DNA of 64,000 nt, taken from assembly GCA_963777505.1 (NCBI GenBank), contig CAVZQN010000004.1:1-64000 (forward strand). Direction: 5' to 3'. The position numbers were made by a program, and so were the translations under genes. Below, in pieces: positions 61,606 to 64,000 of the stretch. Numbering within the stretch: position 1 is the stretch's first letter; the number at the start of each line of letters is the position of its first letter. Source of the DNA: an uncultured bacterium (lineage in GTDB: Bacteria > Acidobacteriota > HRBIN11 > JAKEFK01). Below the pieces are notes generated by a model, which ran no database searches, was not told the origin of the DNA, and saw only the letters and a list, made by a program, of their open reading frames with translations.

Positions 61606-62223
61606 TCACGCTTCACAAACTTCCTTTAAACGATCGAGTGCCTCAGCCCAGGAGTTGCGGACAGCATCCGCTTCATCTCTTGTTTGCAGTCTTGTTAGAT
61701 TGACAAGTAATCCAGTTTTGCCCTTTCCTTTGTCTTGAAATTGGGCATCAACCTGGAACGGCGCCGAAAATCCAGGGCTATTGAGCACGAGACGAATGTC
61801 TTTATTCTTTCGAACCCGAATAAAGTCCCCTTTTTCTCCATCCCTATTTTCAATCGCACCGCCATCCTTCACATCACCTTTTGTAGAGTTGCCAAACCAC
61901 TGGGATAGTTGCCCAATGTTTGACCAGGCATCGAAAACTTTTTCTACAGGTGCAGCAATGGTTTTTGTGGAACAAACAAAATAACCTTCGAATAGTCCAT
62001 CTTTCTTTCGCAGATCGTGCTTCTTTTCATATTCAACTGCGATTGTTGTGCACCACCAGAGATCCACTTTCTGTTCATACAAATGGGTATTTATTAATCG
62101 ACGTCCCTTTTTGAGACCGTCCCACGTATCGAGTTCTTTAAACCATTGATCGAGCGTTTTGCCCGTCGCCTTTTTTGCCGATTCATTTGTTACAGGTTGA
62201 TCTGGTTCCAATTTATATTTCAT
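61606..62223 (-). CDS. SRPBCC/AHSA1-like protein with DUF4287-like N-terminus
   Basis: ATGKTLDQW...LD; STKTIAAPVEKVFDAW; W..AL..L. Confidence 0.7.
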   Translation of the reverse strand: MKYKLEPDQPVTNESAKKATGKTLDQWFKELDTWDGLKKGRRLINTHLYEQKVDLWWCTTIAVEYEKKHDLRKKDGLFEGYFVCSTKTIAAPVEKVFDAWSNIGQLSQWFGNSTKGDVKDGGAIENRDGEKGDFIRVRKNKDIRLVLNSPGFSAPFQVDAQFQDKGKGKTGLLVNLTRLQTRDEADAVRNSWAEALDRLKEVCEA

Positions 62224-62514
62224 TTTTTAACCCCGTCCCTCTCTTATACAACAAAATCGAATTAGTTTTTAGCTAAAGGAAGGATGATTTCATGTGTGAA
62301 ACTATGTTTCACCAGTTGAAACAAGAGGGAGGGGGGAGGCCCCCTATAGGGAGCCTCCTTCAGGGAATGGAATCAGGGACTAACTATAAAGAGAGTAGAG
62401 AGAAAAGGTTACGAACTGATTGTTACAGTGGGAAAAAAGTCGTGATAAGAGGAAGTAAAACGTAATGAGTAATTAGCTCTCGGCTGTCAGGTTACGGATT
62501 GCGAATTGCGCATT

Positions 62515-63502
62515 TCATTTAAGTCTCATTACGATGAACGTAACGATGTACGCAATCAAGCCGCAAATTGGGAATGTAAGAATCCAGGCCAGCACAATTT
62601 TCGCGGTGAGCCCCCATCGTACGGCTGAAAATCTGCGCGTCGCACCAACTCCCATGATTGCAGTGTTAATCGTGTGAGTTGTGCTTAAGGGGATGCCGAG
62701 CCTTGATGCGATTTCAATCGTAGTTGCTGCTCCCATTTCTGCAGCAAATCCTTGAGGCGTAGAAAGATGCGTCACGCGAAATCCCATTGTTTTCATAATA
62801 TTCCAACCGCCGACTAACGTGCCGATTGACATCGTAATCGCGCAAAGAAGAATCACCCAGAAAGGAATCTTAAATTCAGTGAATACACCGGCCAGCACCA
62901 GCGCCAGTGTAAACACACCCATAAATTTTTGGCCGTCATTGGAACCATGACTGAATGCCATAAAAGCAGAAGAGCCTACCTGCAAATAACGGAAAAGATA
63001 TCGAACAAACCCGGGAGTGGAATTTTTAAATATTCGATAAATCAAAGTCATAACAAGCAAGCCACCGCCAAAACCAAAGAAAGTAGAAAACACTGAGGCC
63101 GATCAGAACCTTTCGCCAACCTTCCCATAACAATGCTTCAGGTCCAACGGCAGCCAGCGCTGCGCCTGTTAAACCTGCAACGAGTGCATGACTTTCACTG
63201 GTAGGAAGGCCCCACAAAGCAGCAACTGTGCTCCAAATAATAATGCCAGTCATTGCGCTGCCCACAGTTGTTAGATTAATGATGTCTGGATTAACGATTC
63301 CTTTGCCGATTGTTGTCGCGACAGCCGTTCCTGAAAACATTACACCCAGAAGATTAAAAACCGCAGCCATTAAGATGGCTTGTAATGGTTTCAGAGCCCG
63401 AGTTGAAATTACTGTCGCAATCGCATTCGGCGCATCGGTCCAGCCATTAACAAATTCGGCTCCGAGAATCAGAAGCAAAACAACAATAAGTCCCAGATCC
63501 AT
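62515..63502 (-). CDS. pit: Inorganic phosphate transporter, PiT family (frameshift near 63090)
   Basis: NGWTDAPNAIAT, GLPTSESH, HGSNDGQK, PLSTTH. Confidence 0.92.
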
Positions 63503-63506
63503 CAGC

Positions 63507-64000
63507 TTAACCGTGCTTTACTACGATCCCTTCGATCGTGTTTGCGATGTCTTCACACTTATCGATCGCCTGTTCGGCAGCATCGTAAATCTCTTTCCAT
63601 TTGATTACATACAAAACATCGTCGGTTGAGTTGTTAAACAGATCGCCGATCGCTTTTTCATATGTTCGATCCCCACGATTTTCAAGACGATTAATTTCGA
63701 TGCACAAATCTAAGATTCTGCGCGGACGGTTGATATCGCGAACTGAAATAACTGCTTTTGATACATTTAGAACTGCCTCTTCTAATATTTCGGAAAGCTC
63801 AAGTAATTCCTTTGTACCCGACGTAATTTGGAACAATCGCATTCGTTCACTGACTGCATGAATGATGTCAACAACATCATCCAGGTCCTTAGCGAGGCCA
63901 TGTATGTCTTCGCGGTCGAGTGGAGTTACAAATGTCCGGTTGAGCATGTCGATAATTTCATGCGTTGTGATGTCGCATTCATGCTCCACCTCTTTCAATT
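63507..64000 (-). CDS. DUF47/PhoU-like phosphate transport regulator (partial)
   Basis: EHECD, TFVTPLDREDI, LENRGD, DKCEDIAN; upstream of pit. Confidence 0.9.
   Translation of the reverse strand, partial: LKEVEHECDITTHEIIDMLNRTFVTPLDREDIHGLAKDLDDVVDIIHAVSERMRLFQITSGTKELLELSEILEEAVLNVSKAVISVRDINRPRRILDLCIEINRLENRGDRTYEKAIGDLFNNSTDDVLYVIKWKEIYDAAEQAIDKCEDIANTIEGIVVKHG

Overview
64 kb of a moderately AT-rich bacterial chromosome, probably Acidobacteriota-like (inference from gene content: TPR Ser/Thr kinases, PIG-L/SSS cluster, mglBA, selA). Left (1-23 kb): transporters, hydrolases, PhoD and two Ser/Thr kinases. Middle (about 23.4-32.9 kb): an accessory region beside the 3' end of tRNA-Ser(CGA). 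It holds a GC-rich epoxide hydrolase, a LytS-type kinase with an internally duplicated module that lacks the phospho-His, three tandem secreted beta-propeller paralogs, a LytTR regulator and another secreted protein, and two of the secreted genes are flanked by direct repeats. Right: core genes (two tRNA-Ser, large Alu-containing SRP RNA, dnaX-ybaB-recR, mglBA, mutY, maf, csp, selA, purLFN, tyrS), then a candidate phosphate-starvation lipid-remodelling cluster with Pho-box-like repeats, mgtE, an M13 peptidase and pit/DUF47. Other signals: GTAG-type REP/REPIN elements (one in frame inside a CDS), an A9 slippage site in dnaX, and two families of short dispersed repeats. Many genes, including tyrS, carry single-base frameshifts, most likely sequencing/assembly indels, so pseudogene calls are uncertain. 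All assignments come from motif recognition by eye; no searches were run.
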